Assembly (NCBI GenBank): GCA_963717505.1
Contig: OY970342.1
Span: forward strand, 1 to 64,000
Reading direction: 5' to 3'
From: Candidatus Eiseniibacteriota bacterium
GTDB lineage: Bacteria; Eisenbacteria; RBG-16-71-46
DNA: 64,000 nucleotides
Both the position numbers and the translations under genes were made by a program. This document shows positions 1-11,446 of this stretch, piece after piece. The first letter of the stretch is position 1. Each line of letters begins with the position of its first letter. Under the pieces are notes generated by a model. The model worked only from the letters and a program-made list of their open reading frames with translations, searched no databases and was not told where the DNA came from.

Positions 1-1019
1 GCCAGGCGGTGAGCGAGTTTCTTCTTCACCACCATGGGATTTACGCGGGCGTCCCGGGCAGGGTCCCAGGGGCTACCGTCCGCGTTCCTGAACCCGGAAG
101 CCCCTCCCGCGAGCGCTCCCGCCGATAGCCCCATATCTCGTTCCAACGCTTGGCGTTCCTCGCTCGTGGATTCTGCAACCAGCAGCCAGAAAGTTGGCAA
201 GACGGCGTCAGGAAGTCGCATGACCTTGCCATAAACCTCACCTGGGGGATCGGCGACACCGATATAGTTTCCAAGGCTTTTGCTCATCCGTTGGACCCCG
301 TCGAGCCCGGGAAGGATCGGCAAGGTCATGATCGACTGCGCGGCCTGGCCGTGCAGTTCCTGGAGGACGCGTCCGACCAGGAGGTTGAACTTCTGCTCGG
401 TTCCGCCCAGCTCCACGTCGGCGCGAATCGCCACCGAGTCGTAGCCCTGCATGAGCGGGTAGAACAGCTCGTGAATGCTGATCGGTTGCCCGGCTTTGAA
501 CCGCTTCGTGAAATCGTCCCGCTCGAGCATGCGGGCCACCGTGTACTCGGAGGCCAGTTTCATGACGTCCATGAACGCCATGCGCGAGAACCATTCCCCG
601 TTGCGATGGACTTCCACGGGCAGTCGCGGGGGCTGCGGGATCTTGGGCACAACGCGGTGAAACTGGTCGAGATAGGTGGTCGCGTGCTCGCGAACCTCTT
701 CCTCGGTGAGCTGGGGCCGCGTCTTGCTCCGGCCGCTGGGGTCGCCGACCATGCCGGTGTAGTCGCCGACGATCAGGACCACCTGATGCCCGAGGTCCTG
801 GAACTCGCGGAGCTTACGCAAGCCGACGGTATGGCCGAGATGGATGTCGGGCGCGGTCGGATCGAATCCCTGCTTGACCCGCAGCGGGCGGCCCTCGCGG
901 GCCGCCAGCCGCAGACGCTCGAGCAGAGCGCCCTCGGGGAGGATTTCCTCCGTGCCGCGCCTCAGGATCTCGAATTGCTCCTCGGCGCCCGGAAACTTCT
1001 TGAGAGTGGTCGTGGTCAT
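1..1019 (-). CDS. tyrS: Tyrosyl-tRNA synthetase (5' part; runs off the window's left edge)
   Basis: Not in the ORF track because no stop lies in the window. Translating the minus strand from the ATG at 1019 gives MTTTTLKKFPG...VKQGFDPTAPDIHLGH (HIGH motif), ...YPLMQGYDS...DVELGGTEQKFNL and ...GVQRMSKSLGN (KMSKS motif). Confidence 0.95.
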   Translation of the reverse strand, partial: MTTTTLKKFPGAEEQFEILRRGTEEILPEGALLERLRLAAREGRPLRVKQGFDPTAPDIHLGHTVGLRKLREFQDLGHQVVLIVGDYTGMVGDPSGRSKTRPQLTEEEVREHATTYLDQFHRVVPKIPQPPRLPVEVHRNGEWFSRMAFMDVMKLASEYTVARMLERDDFTKRFKAGQPISIHELFYPLMQGYDSVAIRADVELGGTEQKFNLLVGRVLQELHGQAAQSIMTLPILPGLDGVQRMSKSLGNYIGVADPPGEVYGKVMRLPDAVLPTFWLLVAESTSEERQALERDMGLSAGALAGGASGFRNADGSPWDPARDARVNPMVVKKKLAHRL

Positions 1020-1090
1020 GTTGGGTTCTCGCGCCGCATTCTACGGTCATGCTTTCGTCACGACCAAGCGCCCCCGCACGGCTCGATCTC

Positions 1091-1119
1091 TTGACCCCCC
1101 TCCACGCACTCCCTAGGCT
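1091..1119 (+). promoter_or_regulatory. Putative sigma70 promoter for the PBP1A gene
   Basis: TTGACC (1091-1096), 17-nt spacer, TAGGCT (1114-1119), 12 nt upstream of the ATG at 1132. Confidence 0.5.
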
Positions 1120-1131
1120 CGCCGGTACGCT

Positions 1132-3345
1132 ATGAGCGATCACGAACCCAATCTGCTGGTGCGCACCTGGTCCAGGTTCCCCTGGAAGCTGTTCTTCATG
1201 CTGGTCGTGATCGCGGTTTTCGGCTCGGCCGGCGTGGTCTTCGGCGTGGTGCAGTGGCTCGGGCGCGATTTGCCGTCACCGGCCGAGCTGACCGCGATCA
1301 AGCCGGCCGTCAAGACGATCGTCTACGACACGAACGGACGCATCTTCCACGAGTTCTTCAAGGAGAACCGGTCGCCGATCGCGCTCAAGGACGTACCCCG
1401 CCACCTGATCAACGCGACGATCTCGACCGAAGACCGCAGCTTCTACCATCACTGGGGCGTCGACATGTGGGGCATCGGTCGCGCCGCGGTGAACAACGTC
1501 CTTCGCCGGCGCACCGCCGAAGGCGGCAGCACGATCACCCAGCAGTTGGCGCGCAATCTGTTCCTGACTCACGAGCGCACGCTGACGCGCAAGCTCAAGG
1601 AGGTGTCGCTCGCAATCGCGATCGAGCGCAACTACTCGAAGGACCAGATCCTCGAGCTTTATTTCAACCAGATCTATTTTGGTGAAGGCGCGTACGGCGT
1701 CGAGTCGGCCTCCAAGACGTTCTATGGCAAGAGTGCCAAGGAGCTGACGCTGGCCGAATCCGCCTTGCTCGCGGGCGTACCCGCGAATCCCGCGCTCTAC
1801 TCGCCGCGCCGGCGGCCCAATGCCGCCAAGTCGCGACGCGCAAAGGTGCTGCGCAACATGCTCGCCACCGGAGCGATCACGCGCGTCGAGTTCGACCATG
1901 CGATGGGGGCGCCCCTCGGTGTCACCCCCCAGCGCTACAGCAACGACCGCGCGCCCTACTACACCGAGATGGTCCGCCTCTACCTCGACGAGCATTACGG
2001 CTCGAACGCGGTCTACGAGGGAGGCATGCGCGTCTACACCACGATCGACATGGATCTGCAGTTGATCGCGGAGCGTGCGCTCGAGAAGCAGCTGGTGGCG
2101 CTCGAGTCCGAGCTCAAGATCAAGGACACGTTTTCCAGCTTCACCCAGCCGGCCGAGGCGGATCGCGCCACGAGCCGTACCTCGTACCTCCAGGGCTCCT
2201 TCGTCGCGATCGATCCGCGCAACGGCTACCTGCGCGCCATGGTCGGGGGTCGCGACTGGAACCACAGCAACTTCAACCGCGCCACTCAGGCCCTGCGCCA
2301 GCCCGGCTCGGCGTTCAAACCGTTCGTCTACACGGCCGCGATCGACAATGGGTTCCGACCGACCGACATCATCGTCGACGAACCGGTATCGTTCCCGGCG
2401 GGCGACGGCTCGCTCTACCAGCCGATGAACTACGACCGACAGTTCCGCGGACCGGTCACGCTGCGCTACGCGCTGCAGCAGTCCATCAACATCCCGGCCA
2501 TCAAGCTGCTACGCAAGGTCGGCACCTCTCTGGTTTCGAGCTACGCCCGGCGCATGGGGATTCGCAGCCCGCTGGGGCAAAACTTGTCGCTCGCGCTGGG
2601 CAGCAGCGAGGTCAATCTGCTCGAGCTGACCTCGGCCTATGGCGTGCTGGCGAACCGCGGCATCCGGAACGACCCGATCTTCATCCTTCGTGTTGAAGAC
2701 TCGAACGGCAACGTCCTCGAGAAGAACGTGCCGCGTTCGACCGAGGTGCTCACGGAAGAGACCGCGGGCGTGATGACCTCGATGCTGCAGAGCGCCATGG
2801 ATCACGGCACCGGCGCCGGCGCACGCGCGCGCGGATTCACCGCACCCGCCGCCGGCAAGACCGGAACCATGGACGAGTACATGGACGCCTGGTTCGTCGG
2901 CTACACGCCCAACCTGGTGGCGGGCGTGTGGGTCGGCTACGACACCAAGAAGCAGATCGGGCCGGGCATGACCGGATCGCACGCAGCACTTCCGGCGTGG
3001 ACCGACTTCATGATTGCGGCGACGCGCGGCCGCCCGGTCGAGGAGTTCCCGGTGCCCGCCGGCACCGTGACGCGGCCGGTGTGCGCCGAGACCGGAATGC
3101 TGGCGACCGAGTCGTGCACGATCATCACGTCGGAGACGTTCAACGAGGGAACCGAGCCGACCGAACTGTGCGCGACGCACCCGGGGCCACCGTTGTCCCC
3201 ACCGGCCATTGGCCGCGAACCGTCGCCGGACGTCACCGAGGATGGGGAAGCGCCGGCGCCGGAAGCGCCGTCCGACCTGCGTCAGCTCGACCGACGCAAT
3301 CGGGCGAAGAAGCCCGAGAAGGTTCGGGGGCGGGAGCCGACGTAG
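1132..3345 (+). CDS. mrcA: Class A penicillin-binding protein 1A (transglycosylase/transpeptidase)
   Basis: N-terminal TM anchor. GT51 motifs EDRSFYHHWG, GGSTITQQLARN and RKLKE. Transpeptidase motifs SAFK (SxxK), SIN (SxN) and KTG. Confidence 0.92.
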   Translation: MSDHEPNLLVRTWSRFPWKLFFMLVVIAVFGSAGVVFGVVQWLGRDLPSPAELTAIKPAVKTIVYDTNGRIFHEFFKENRSPIALKDVPRHLINATISTEDRSFYHHWGVDMWGIGRAAVNNVLRRRTAEGGSTITQQLARNLFLTHERTLTRKLKEVSLAIAIERNYSKDQILELYFNQIYFGEGAYGVESASKTFYGKSAKELTLAESALLAGVPANPALYSPRRRPNAAKSRRAKVLRNMLATGAITRVEFDHAMGAPLGVTPQRYSNDRAPYYTEMVRLYLDEHYGSNAVYEGGMRVYTTIDMDLQLIAERALEKQLVALESELKIKDTFSSFTQPAEADRATSRTSYLQGSFVAIDPRNGYLRAMVGGRDWNHSNFNRATQALRQPGSAFKPFVYTAAIDNGFRPTDIIVDEPVSFPAGDGSLYQPMNYDRQFRGPVTLRYALQQSINIPAIKLLRKVGTSLVSSYARRMGIRSPLGQNLSLALGSSEVNLLELTSAYGVLANRGIRNDPIFILRVEDSNGNVLEKNVPRSTEVLTEETAGVMTSMLQSAMDHGTGAGARARGFTAPAAGKTGTMDEYMDAWFVGYTPNLVAGVWVGYDTKKQIGPGMTGSHAALPAWTDFMIAATRGRPVEEFPVPAGTVTRPVCAETGMLATESCTIITSETFNEGTEPTELCATHPGPPLSPPAIGREPSPDVTEDGEAPAPEAPSDLRQLDRRNRAKKPEKVRGREPT

Positions 3346-3433
3346 GAGTCAGGCGGTTTCGAGACCGCCCCGTTCAACCGCTCCGGCACCTCTCCGGGGT
3401 GGTTTTACAGGAGCCCCTTGCGCGGGAGGCACG

Positions 3434-4405
3434 ATGATCGAGAAGCGCAAGCTCGGCCAGGGAGACGTGAACGTCGGTGCCATCGCGCTCGGCGCCATGG
3501 CCTTCGCCGGCTGGTACGCCGGCGGTGACGACGAAGCCGGCGTGCGGGCCATCCACCGCGCGCTCGACGAGGGCATCACGCTCATCGACACGGCCGAGGC
3601 CTACGGGCGCGGCAAGAGCGAGGGCCTTGTGGGAAGGGCCGTCCGCGATCGGCGCGACCAGGCCGTCGTCGCCACCAAGGCCAGCCGCGGCAGCCCGGCC
3701 TACCTGCACGAGGCGATCGATCGCAGCCTCGCGCACCTCGGGCTCGACCACGTCGACCTCTACTACCTGCACCGCGTCGACGCCGAGGTGCCGATCGAGG
3801 ACTCCGTCGGGGCGATGGCCGAGATGGTGCGCGCCGGAAAGGTCCGCGCCATCGGCCTTTCCGAGGCTGGTCCGGGGACAATTCGCCGCGCCCACGCCAT
3901 CCACCCCATCGCCGCGCTCCAGACCGAGTACTCCCTTCTGCAGCGCGAGCCCGAGCGGGACCTCTTCCCGGTGACGCGGTCGCTCGGCATCACGTTCGTC
4001 GCCTACTCGCCGCTGCACCGCGGGCTCCTCACTGGGAAGATCCGCACGGCGGCCGATCTCCCGCCGGGCGACTGGCGAGGCAGCGTGCCCCGTTTCCAGG
4101 GCGAGAACCTGGCGGCGAACGTGGCGCGCTTGAAGTCGCTCGAGGAGATGGCCGCCAAGAAGGGCGTCGCCGTCGCGTCGGTGGCGCTCGCCTGGATCCT
4201 CCGCCAGGGCCGGGACCTCGTGCCGCTCGTCGGCATGGGGCGACCGGAGAACGTCGACCGCAACCTGGAGGCGTTGCGCGTTCCCCTCGACGAGGCCGAC
4301 CTCGCAGCACTCGATTCCGCCTTCCCCATCGGCTGCGCCGCCGGCAACCGCTACCCGGATCAAGCGATGGCCTCGGTGGGCCGCGAGGCGCCGCCGCTAT
4401 CTTAG
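3434..4405 (+). CDS. Aldo/keto reductase (AKR13-like)
   Basis: GGGAGG RBS before the ATG at 3434. Motifs IDTAEAYG, DLYYLHRVD, GKVRAIGLSE, LQTEYSL and AYSPL. Confidence 0.9.
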   Translation: MIEKRKLGQGDVNVGAIALGAMAFAGWYAGGDDEAGVRAIHRALDEGITLIDTAEAYGRGKSEGLVGRAVRDRRDQAVVATKASRGSPAYLHEAIDRSLAHLGLDHVDLYYLHRVDAEVPIEDSVGAMAEMVRAGKVRAIGLSEAGPGTIRRAHAIHPIAALQTEYSLLQREPERDLFPVTRSLGITFVAYSPLHRGLLTGKIRTAADLPPGDWRGSVPRFQGENLAANVARLKSLEEMAAKKGVAVASVALAWILRQGRDLVPLVGMGRPENVDRNLEALRVPLDEADLAALDSAFPIGCAAGNRYPDQAMASVGREAPPLS

Positions 4406-4436
4406 CAGTGTCGACCGCCCCGGGATCCGAAACAAC

Positions 4437-5609
4437 TCAGAACACTTGACCAACCCCGATGTAGAACCCGCTCGACTCCGCGTCGAAACCCCATCCGAAG
4501 TCCATGCGCAGCTCCAACTCCTCCTTGCGATTCAAGAGGAATCGAGCTCCGAAGCCGGCACTGGGGTGGTAATCGTCGAACCGTAGGCCGGCAAAGTCGT
4601 GGGCCACTTGCCCGACTCCTCCGAAAGCGACGCCGCGCACTCGACGCCACATCGGACCGCGATACTCCACCTGGAATGCGTTGAGGTTCCGGTCACGGAA
4701 GCGACCGGCAAAGTATCCACGCAGGAGCGACTCGCCGCCGAGCTGCGGCATCAGGTCGAAGGGGGGCTCGTCCACCGTCGCGATCCCCAACGCTCGAAGA
4801 GCCAACACTCCGGAGCGGATCGGGAGGAAGGTCCTGAGGTCGAACGAGAAGGTGCTGAAGTCGTTGTCGTTCCCCGAGACATCCACGGAGTGGGAGGCGC
4901 GGAGCTGATGGTACTCGCCGAATTTCGGGAAGACATTGCTGCCCCGGCTGTCTCGGGTCAGTAGCGCGCCAAAGCGCAGCAGAGTCCCGTCCTCGGTTCC
5001 GGGAACGGCAGCCGCCGCGATCAGCCCACCTTCCTCGACCTCTTGCAGCTGACGGTTCGCAATCTGCCCAAACACGCCGGCGAACGTGTTGTTTGCCGCC
5101 CTCATCTGGAACTCGCCACCGGCGGCGAACACCTCGGCCGTGTAGTCCTCCTCGAGTGAATCGGGCGCGTGGTTGCCGATCCCCCAGAAGGAATCGGGGA
5201 ACCTCTGGAATGCGATGCTGAGCACCGCGCGATAGCGGCCGCTGTCCGGGTACAGTTCCGCCTGGATCGCGGTGATGAGCTGCTCCTTGGTCGTGTAAAT
5301 CACCGTGGCTCCGATCGAGGACTGAAACGATGATCGGGCCTCTTGGCCGGCATCGGTACCTGCTTCGGGCTCGAACAGATAGATGACGCTGGCGCCGAAG
5401 CCGGTCCCGGTCTCGGGTTGATAGAAGAGGATCGGAAGCGGGATGAGACTCGCGCCGCGCGCCGGCGGGGGCGGAAGGGACGAGGAGTCGGCGACGGCGC
5501 CGGTACCTGGGTCCTGCGCCCAAGCGGCCGCGGCGACGCCCAGCAGCATCGCGGTCAGAATGAGCATCCGCGCCGTCGACTCAGCACCCCATGAAGTGGT
5601 ACCCGGCAT
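4437..5609 (-). CDS. Omp85/BamA-TamA family outer-membrane beta-barrel without POTRA domains
   Basis: Signal peptide (alternative start 5567). LRGY..GRFRD barrel motif, alternating beta strands and a C-terminal GQVF. Confidence 0.75.
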   Translation of the reverse strand: MPGTTSWGAESTARMLILTAMLLGVAAAAWAQDPGTGAVADSSSLPPPPARGASLIPLPILFYQPETGTGFGASVIYLFEPEAGTDAGQEARSSFQSSIGATVIYTTKEQLITAIQAELYPDSGRYRAVLSIAFQRFPDSFWGIGNHAPDSLEEDYTAEVFAAGGEFQMRAANNTFAGVFGQIANRQLQEVEEGGLIAAAAVPGTEDGTLLRFGALLTRDSRGSNVFPKFGEYHQLRASHSVDVSGNDNDFSTFSFDLRTFLPIRSGVLALRALGIATVDEPPFDLMPQLGGESLLRGYFAGRFRDRNLNAFQVEYRGPMWRRVRGVAFGGVGQVAHDFAGLRFDDYHPSAGFGARFLLNRKEELELRMDFGWGFDAESSGFYIGVGQVF

Positions 5610-5628
5610 CGACGTAGGGTCTAGCCCG

Positions 5629-6933
<1,305 letters not shown>

Positions 6934-6938
6934 CGGCC

Positions 6939-7877
6939 TCAGTACCCGGCGCCGGCGGATTCGCCGCGCACGATCTTGATGCCCGCAGAGGCGCCGAGGC
7001 GGCTGGCGCCGGCTTGCACCATGGCTTCGGCGTCTTCCTTCGAGCGGATGCCGCCCGAGGCTTTGACGCCGATGTCGGGACCCACGGTTTCGCGAAGCAG
7101 GCGCACGTCCTCGACCGTGGCGCCGCCGCCGGCGAATCCAGTCGAGGTCTTGACGAAGTCGGCGCCTGCGGCTTTCGCGAGTGACGCGCCCATCAGCTTT
7201 TCGTCGCGCGTGAGCAGCGACGTCTCGAGGATGACTTTGACCACGGTGTCCCGGCCCGAGGCTTCGACCACGGCGCGGATGTCCTGTTCGACCAGCGCGT
7301 GGTCGCGCGATTTGAGGGCGCCGATGTTGATGACCATGTCGACTTCCTCAGCCCCCTGCTCGACCGCGCGTCGAGTCTCGTAGGCCTTGACGTCGGGCGC
7401 GTGCGCCCCCGAGGGAAAACCGATCACCGTGCAGACCTTGACCCCGGTGTTGCGCAAGCGATCGCGGCAGAGCGGCACCCACACCGGGTTCACGCACACC
7501 GAGGCGAAGCAGAACTGGGCGGCTTCGGTGCACAGCTGCTCGATCTGGTCGCGCGTCGCGTCGGGCTTGAGCAGCGTGTGATCGATCAGCGATGCCAAAC
7601 CGTCCGACGCCGGGCAGTAGCCGACGGTGGTCACCACGCGCTCCGCGCCGGCGGCGTGGAGCGCCCGGGTATCGGAAGGGTCGCGAGCAACCGAAACGCC
7701 GAACATCTGGTAGCGCTCGACGGTGCTCGGATCGGCAGCGGTCGCGGTCGACTGCGCCTTGGACTCGGAAGGCGCAGGGACACGCTCCGAGGCCGGAGCG
7801 GGCGGAGCCTCACGAGTCTTGAGCGCCTCCATCACCTTGCGGGTGATGAGATCGACCAGCTCGTCGCGCTCGCTCAC
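6939..7877 (-). CDS. deoC: Deoxyribose-phosphate aldolase with an ~95-aa N-terminal extension
   Basis: Motifs [30 protein letters not shown] and KASGGIR. The GTG start at 7877 has a GGAGG RBS and overlaps the cdd stop (GTGA). Confidence 0.93.
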   Translation of the reverse strand: MSERDELVDLITRKVMEALKTREAPPAPASERVPAPSESKAQSTATAADPSTVERYQMFGVSVARDPSDTRALHAAGAERVVTTVGYCPASDGLASLIDHTLLKPDATRDQIEQLCTEAAQFCFASVCVNPVWVPLCRDRLRNTGVKVCTVIGFPSGAHAPDVKAYETRRAVEQGAEEVDMVINIGALKSRDHALVEQDIRAVVEASGRDTVVKVILETSLLTRDEKLMGASLAKAAGADFVKTSTGFAGGGATVEDVRLLRETVGPDIGVKASGGIRSKEDAEAMVQAGASRLGASAGIKIVRGESAGAGY

Positions 7878-8317
7878 CGCCGCCTCCGGGAACGCGGGCC
7901 GAACGGGTACGGCAACAGTGTCTTGAGGCTCGCCTCGACCACACGACCCTTGGGATCGCGCCAGAGCACTCGGATTCTCGGCGCGAACTCGTGAAGGACC
8001 TGTCGGCAGGCGCCGCACGGAGAGGCCCCGCGTCCGACGCCCGGCGTAACGGCGATCGCGACGAACTTCCGAGCGCCTTCGCTCACCGCCTTCCAGACCG
8101 CGTTTCGTTCAGCGCAGATCGACAAACCCAGCGAGGCGTTTTCGACATTGCAGCCGTGGAACAACCGGCCATCGGCGGCGAGCAGCGCAGCGCCGACCCG
8201 GAAGCGTGAGTAGGGCGCGTACGACGTGCGACGCGCGCGCTCAGCCTCGGCCATGAGCCGGCGGCCCGCCGCCGGTGTCCAGGCCACGAGGCCCGCGGCT
8301 CGCTGTCCCCGCGTCAT
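7874..8317 (-). CDS. cdd: Cytidine deaminase
   Basis: Zinc motifs [28 protein letters not shown] and [10 protein letters not shown]. An alternative GTG start at 8377 overlaps the deoB stop. Confidence 0.92.
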   Translation of the reverse strand: MTRGQRAAGLVAWTPAAGRRLMAEAERARRTSYAPYSRFRVGAALLAADGRLFHGCNVENASLGLSICAERNAVWKAVSEGARKFVAIAVTPGVGRGASPCGACRQVLHEFAPRIRVLWRDPKGRVVEASLKTLLPYPFGPRSRRRR

Positions 8318-8373
8318 GCCGCCGCCCGCACGCACGCGCCGGCGACGACCACTCGTACGCCGCGCGCGAACGG

Positions 8374-9540
8374 TCACGCCCGCACCTCGCGCAGGAAGCT
8401 CTTGCCGGCTGTCGGCCTCGTGACTCCGAACAGCTCGGCGATCGTGGCGGCGAGATCGGCGTAGGTCCCTCGCGTGCCGAGGTCGACGCCCGGGCGCACG
8501 CGCGGCCCGGCGACCAGCAGCGGGACGTACTCGCGCGAGTGGTCCGTGCTCGGGGTGGTCGGATCGTTGCCGTGGTCGGCGGTGACCAGGCACAGATCGT
8601 CGGAGCGCATTTGGCCGAGGAACTCGTGCAGTCGCGTATCGAATTGCTCGAGCGCACGCGCGAAACCAGTGGGGTCGTTGCGATGGCCGTAGAGCTGATC
8701 GAAATCCACCAGGTTCGCGAACACCAGTCCGCGACCCGGCTTGCGCACCAGATCCATCAGCACGTCCTCCCCTTCGGCGTTCCCCGACGTGTGAATCGCA
8801 TCGCTGACGCCGCGGCCCGCGAACAACTCGTCCACCTTGCCCACCGTGACCACCGGATGGCCGGCTTCGAACATCCGGTCCAGGAGCGTCGGCCCCGGGG
8901 GCAACAGCGAGAAATCTCGCCGGTGCGTCGTGCGACGGTAGCCCTCGGCCGTCTTCTCGAATGGCCGCGCGATCACCCGCCCGACGCCGTGTTCACCCTG
9001 GAGCAGCTCCCGCGCCAGGCGACACGCGGCGTACAACTCATCGAGCGGGACGACGCCTTCGTCCGCCGCAACCTGAAACACGCTGTCGGCCGAAGTGTAC
9101 ACAATGTAGCTGCCGGTCCGGCGGTGCTCGTCACCCAGCCGGACGATGATTTCGGTTCCGGAGGCCGCGACATTGCCGATCCAGCCTCGGCCGGTGCTCT
9201 CACACCATCGAGCAAGGACTTCCTCGGGGAATCCTTCCGGATAGGTCGGGAACGCGCGCTCGAGCACGATGCCGGCCATTTCCCAGTGCCCGGTCGTGCT
9301 GTCCTTTCCGGGAGAGCGCTCGGTCAGGAGCCCGCGCGCACCCTGCACCGTCGCCAGCGGGCGCACGCCCGGCAGATCCTTGAGCCGACCGAGCCCCAGC
9401 CGTTCGAGCGTCGGCAATCGCAACCCGCCCACCGCTTCCGCCACGTGGAGCAACGTGTCGCTGCCCGAGTCCCCGTAGCTCGCGGCATCCGGCAGCGCAC
9501 CGGCGCCAACGCCATCGAGCACGATCAGGAAGACGCGCAC
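8374..9540 (-). CDS. deoB: Phosphopentomutase
   Basis: Motifs IVLDGVGAG, KDSTTGHWE, YTSADSVFQ, NLVDFDQLYGHRND, TADHGNDPT and TDHSREYVP. Confidence 0.95.
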   Translation of the reverse strand: MRVFLIVLDGVGAGALPDAASYGDSGSDTLLHVAEAVGGLRLPTLERLGLGRLKDLPGVRPLATVQGARGLLTERSPGKDSTTGHWEMAGIVLERAFPTYPEGFPEEVLARWCESTGRGWIGNVAASGTEIIVRLGDEHRRTGSYIVYTSADSVFQVAADEGVVPLDELYAACRLARELLQGEHGVGRVIARPFEKTAEGYRRTTHRRDFSLLPPGPTLLDRMFEAGHPVVTVGKVDELFAGRGVSDAIHTSGNAEGEDVLMDLVRKPGRGLVFANLVDFDQLYGHRNDPTGFARALEQFDTRLHEFLGQMRSDDLCLVTADHGNDPTTPSTDHSREYVPLLVAGPRVRPGVDLGTRGTYADLAATIAELFGVTRPTAGKSFLREVRA

Positions 9541-9541
9541 C

Positions 9542-10765
9542 TCAGGACCGGCGCGCCGCCTGGACGGCCAGCTCGCGGCGGCGGAAATGGTCAGCAGCCT
9601 GTCGGGTCCAATCCTCTCGCTCGCCCACCAGTGACGTCAGCTTGACCGGCTTGCCACCACGAACGTAGATGCGCGAGACGCGCTTGCCGATCGTGCACAT
9701 GACCTCGTAAGGCAGCGTGTCGCTCCACTCCGCCACCTGTTCGATGCTGATGGCGGCGTCGCCCTGGGCCCCGAACAACACGACTTCGTCGCCGACTTCG
9801 GCGACCGGCAGTTCAGTGAGATCTACCATGGTCAGGTCCATGGTCACGCGACCGACGACCGGAACCTCCGCGCCTCGCACCAGCATGCGGCCGCGATTCG
9901 ACAGGAGCCACGACAGGCCGTGCCCGTAGCCGACGGCCACGACGCCGATCCGGCTGGGGCGCTGGGCGACCCAGGTGCGCCCATAGCTCACCGACGCGCC
10001 CGCCGGCAGTTGCCGCACCTGAACCAGCCGGCTCTTGAACGACATCACGGGCCGAAGCTCGATCGGGGCGCGCGCCGCGGGCGGCACGAGCCCGTACGCC
10101 ACGAGCCCGACGCGCACCCCGTCGAAGCGTCCCTCGGGGACGTTCAACAGCCCGGCGCTGTTCGCCGCGTGGACGCGTGCCGGCTTGATGCCGCGCTGAG
10201 CCAGTCGCTCGAGCAACGCCTTGAATCGCGTCACCTGCCCTTCCGCGAAGGACACGTCCTGGTCATCGGCGTCCGGGAAGTGCGTGTAGACGCTCGCCAG
10301 GCGCAGCCCAGGAAGCTTCACGAGGTCGGCGATGAACGCCTCGGCTTCGGGTTCGAGCACGCCGGTTCGGCCCATTCCCGTGTCGACTTCGACGTGAACC
10401 CGCAGTGGGCGGCCGTGCTTCTCGACCGCGTCCGAAAACGCGCGTGCCAGGTCGCGGTCAGCGAGCGTGGGCTCGAGTTCGTGCGTGACGGCCTCATGCA
10501 CCTCGCTCGGCAGCAGCGGCGACAGCACGACGATCGGCATGCTGATCCCGGCGTCCCGGAGCTGGATGCCCTCGTGCAGCGTGGCCACGCCGACCCAGGC
10601 CACGCCCTCGTCGCGCGCGGCGCGCGCAACTTCGACGGCGCCGTGGCCGTAGGCATCGGCCTTGACCACCAGAAGCAGGTCGCCGCCCTTCGCCATCGCG
10701 CGTATGGCGGCCAGGTTCGAAGCGAAGCGATCGAGGTCGACCTCGATCCATGTGGACACCGGCAT
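9542..10765 (-). CDS. alr: Alanine racemase
   Basis: PLP lysine motif VVKADAYGHG, plus DTGMGRTG, VSYG and GRVTMD. The real start lies well inside the 647-aa track ORF. Confidence 0.93.
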   Translation of the reverse strand: MPVSTWIEVDLDRFASNLAAIRAMAKGGDLLLVVKADAYGHGAVEVARAARDEGVAWVGVATLHEGIQLRDAGISMPIVVLSPLLPSEVHEAVTHELEPTLADRDLARAFSDAVEKHGRPLRVHVEVDTGMGRTGVLEPEAEAFIADLVKLPGLRLASVYTHFPDADDQDVSFAEGQVTRFKALLERLAQRGIKPARVHAANSAGLLNVPEGRFDGVRVGLVAYGLVPPAARAPIELRPVMSFKSRLVQVRQLPAGASVSYGRTWVAQRPSRIGVVAVGYGHGLSWLLSNRGRMLVRGAEVPVVGRVTMDLTMVDLTELPVAEVGDEVVLFGAQGDAAISIEQVAEWSDTLPYEVMCTIGKRVSRIYVRGGKPVKLTSLVGEREDWTRQAADHFRRRELAVQAARRS

Positions 10766-10861
10766 CGTCACGGGGGAAACTCCGTCCGAGCTTGCGGATT
10801 CGTTCCGCGGAGCGCCCGAATTCGTTTCGGGCGCGCGTAGCATAGAGAAAGGGAGCCGTCG

Positions 10862-11446
10862 ATGGAATGGATCGTTGCCCTCGCTGCGGGAGTCGCGCTG
10901 TCGGCGGCCAGCGGCCTGCGTGCGTTCCTGCCCCTGTTCGCGCTCGGCGTGGCCGGGCGGCTTGGTTGGCTGGATTTGCAGACCAACGTCGAGTGGCTGA
11001 CGTCCACACCCGCGCTCGTCAGCTTCGGCGTCGCGACCGTGCTCGAAATCGCCGCCGACAAGATTCCGGTGGTCGACCATGCGCTCGACGCGATTTCGAC
11101 CCCGCTGCGCCCGCTCGCCGGTGCGCTCGCGGCCTACGCGGTGTTCGTTCACTGGCCGACGCCCTGGGGGCAGATCGTGGCGTTGCTGCTCGGCGCCGGC
11201 AGCCTCCTGGTGCACGTCGCCAAAGCCAAGATCCGGCTGGGAACGAGCGCGGTCACACTCGGCACGGGGAATCCCGTCGTTTCGGCGGCCGAGGACGGCA
11301 TCGCTCTGTCGATAGTGGTCGTGGCCATCGTGCTCCCGATCGTCGCCGCGATCGTGTTGATCCTGCTCACGTGGATGCTCCTGCGCAGGCGACGGGCTTT
11401 GCCGCCCTCCGGCGCTCCGGTATCTTCGGCGCATGACCGAACGTGA
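10862..11446 (+). CDS. DUF4126-family membrane protein
   Basis: Motifs ASGLRAFLPL, EIAADKIPVVDH and NPVVSAAED. Multiple TM segments and a GGGAG RBS. Confidence 0.8.
   Translation: MEWIVALAAGVALSAASGLRAFLPLFALGVAGRLGWLDLQTNVEWLTSTPALVSFGVATVLEIAADKIPVVDHALDAISTPLRPLAGALAAYAVFVHWPTPWGQIVALLLGAGSLLVHVAKAKIRLGTSAVTLGTGNPVVSAAEDGIALSIVVVAIVLPIVAAIVLILLTWMLLRRRRALPPSGAPVSSAHDRT

Noticed and set aside
150-1094. 314-aa plus-strand ORF
   Set aside because: Antisense shadow of tyrS, which is missing from the track only because it lacks a stop in the window.
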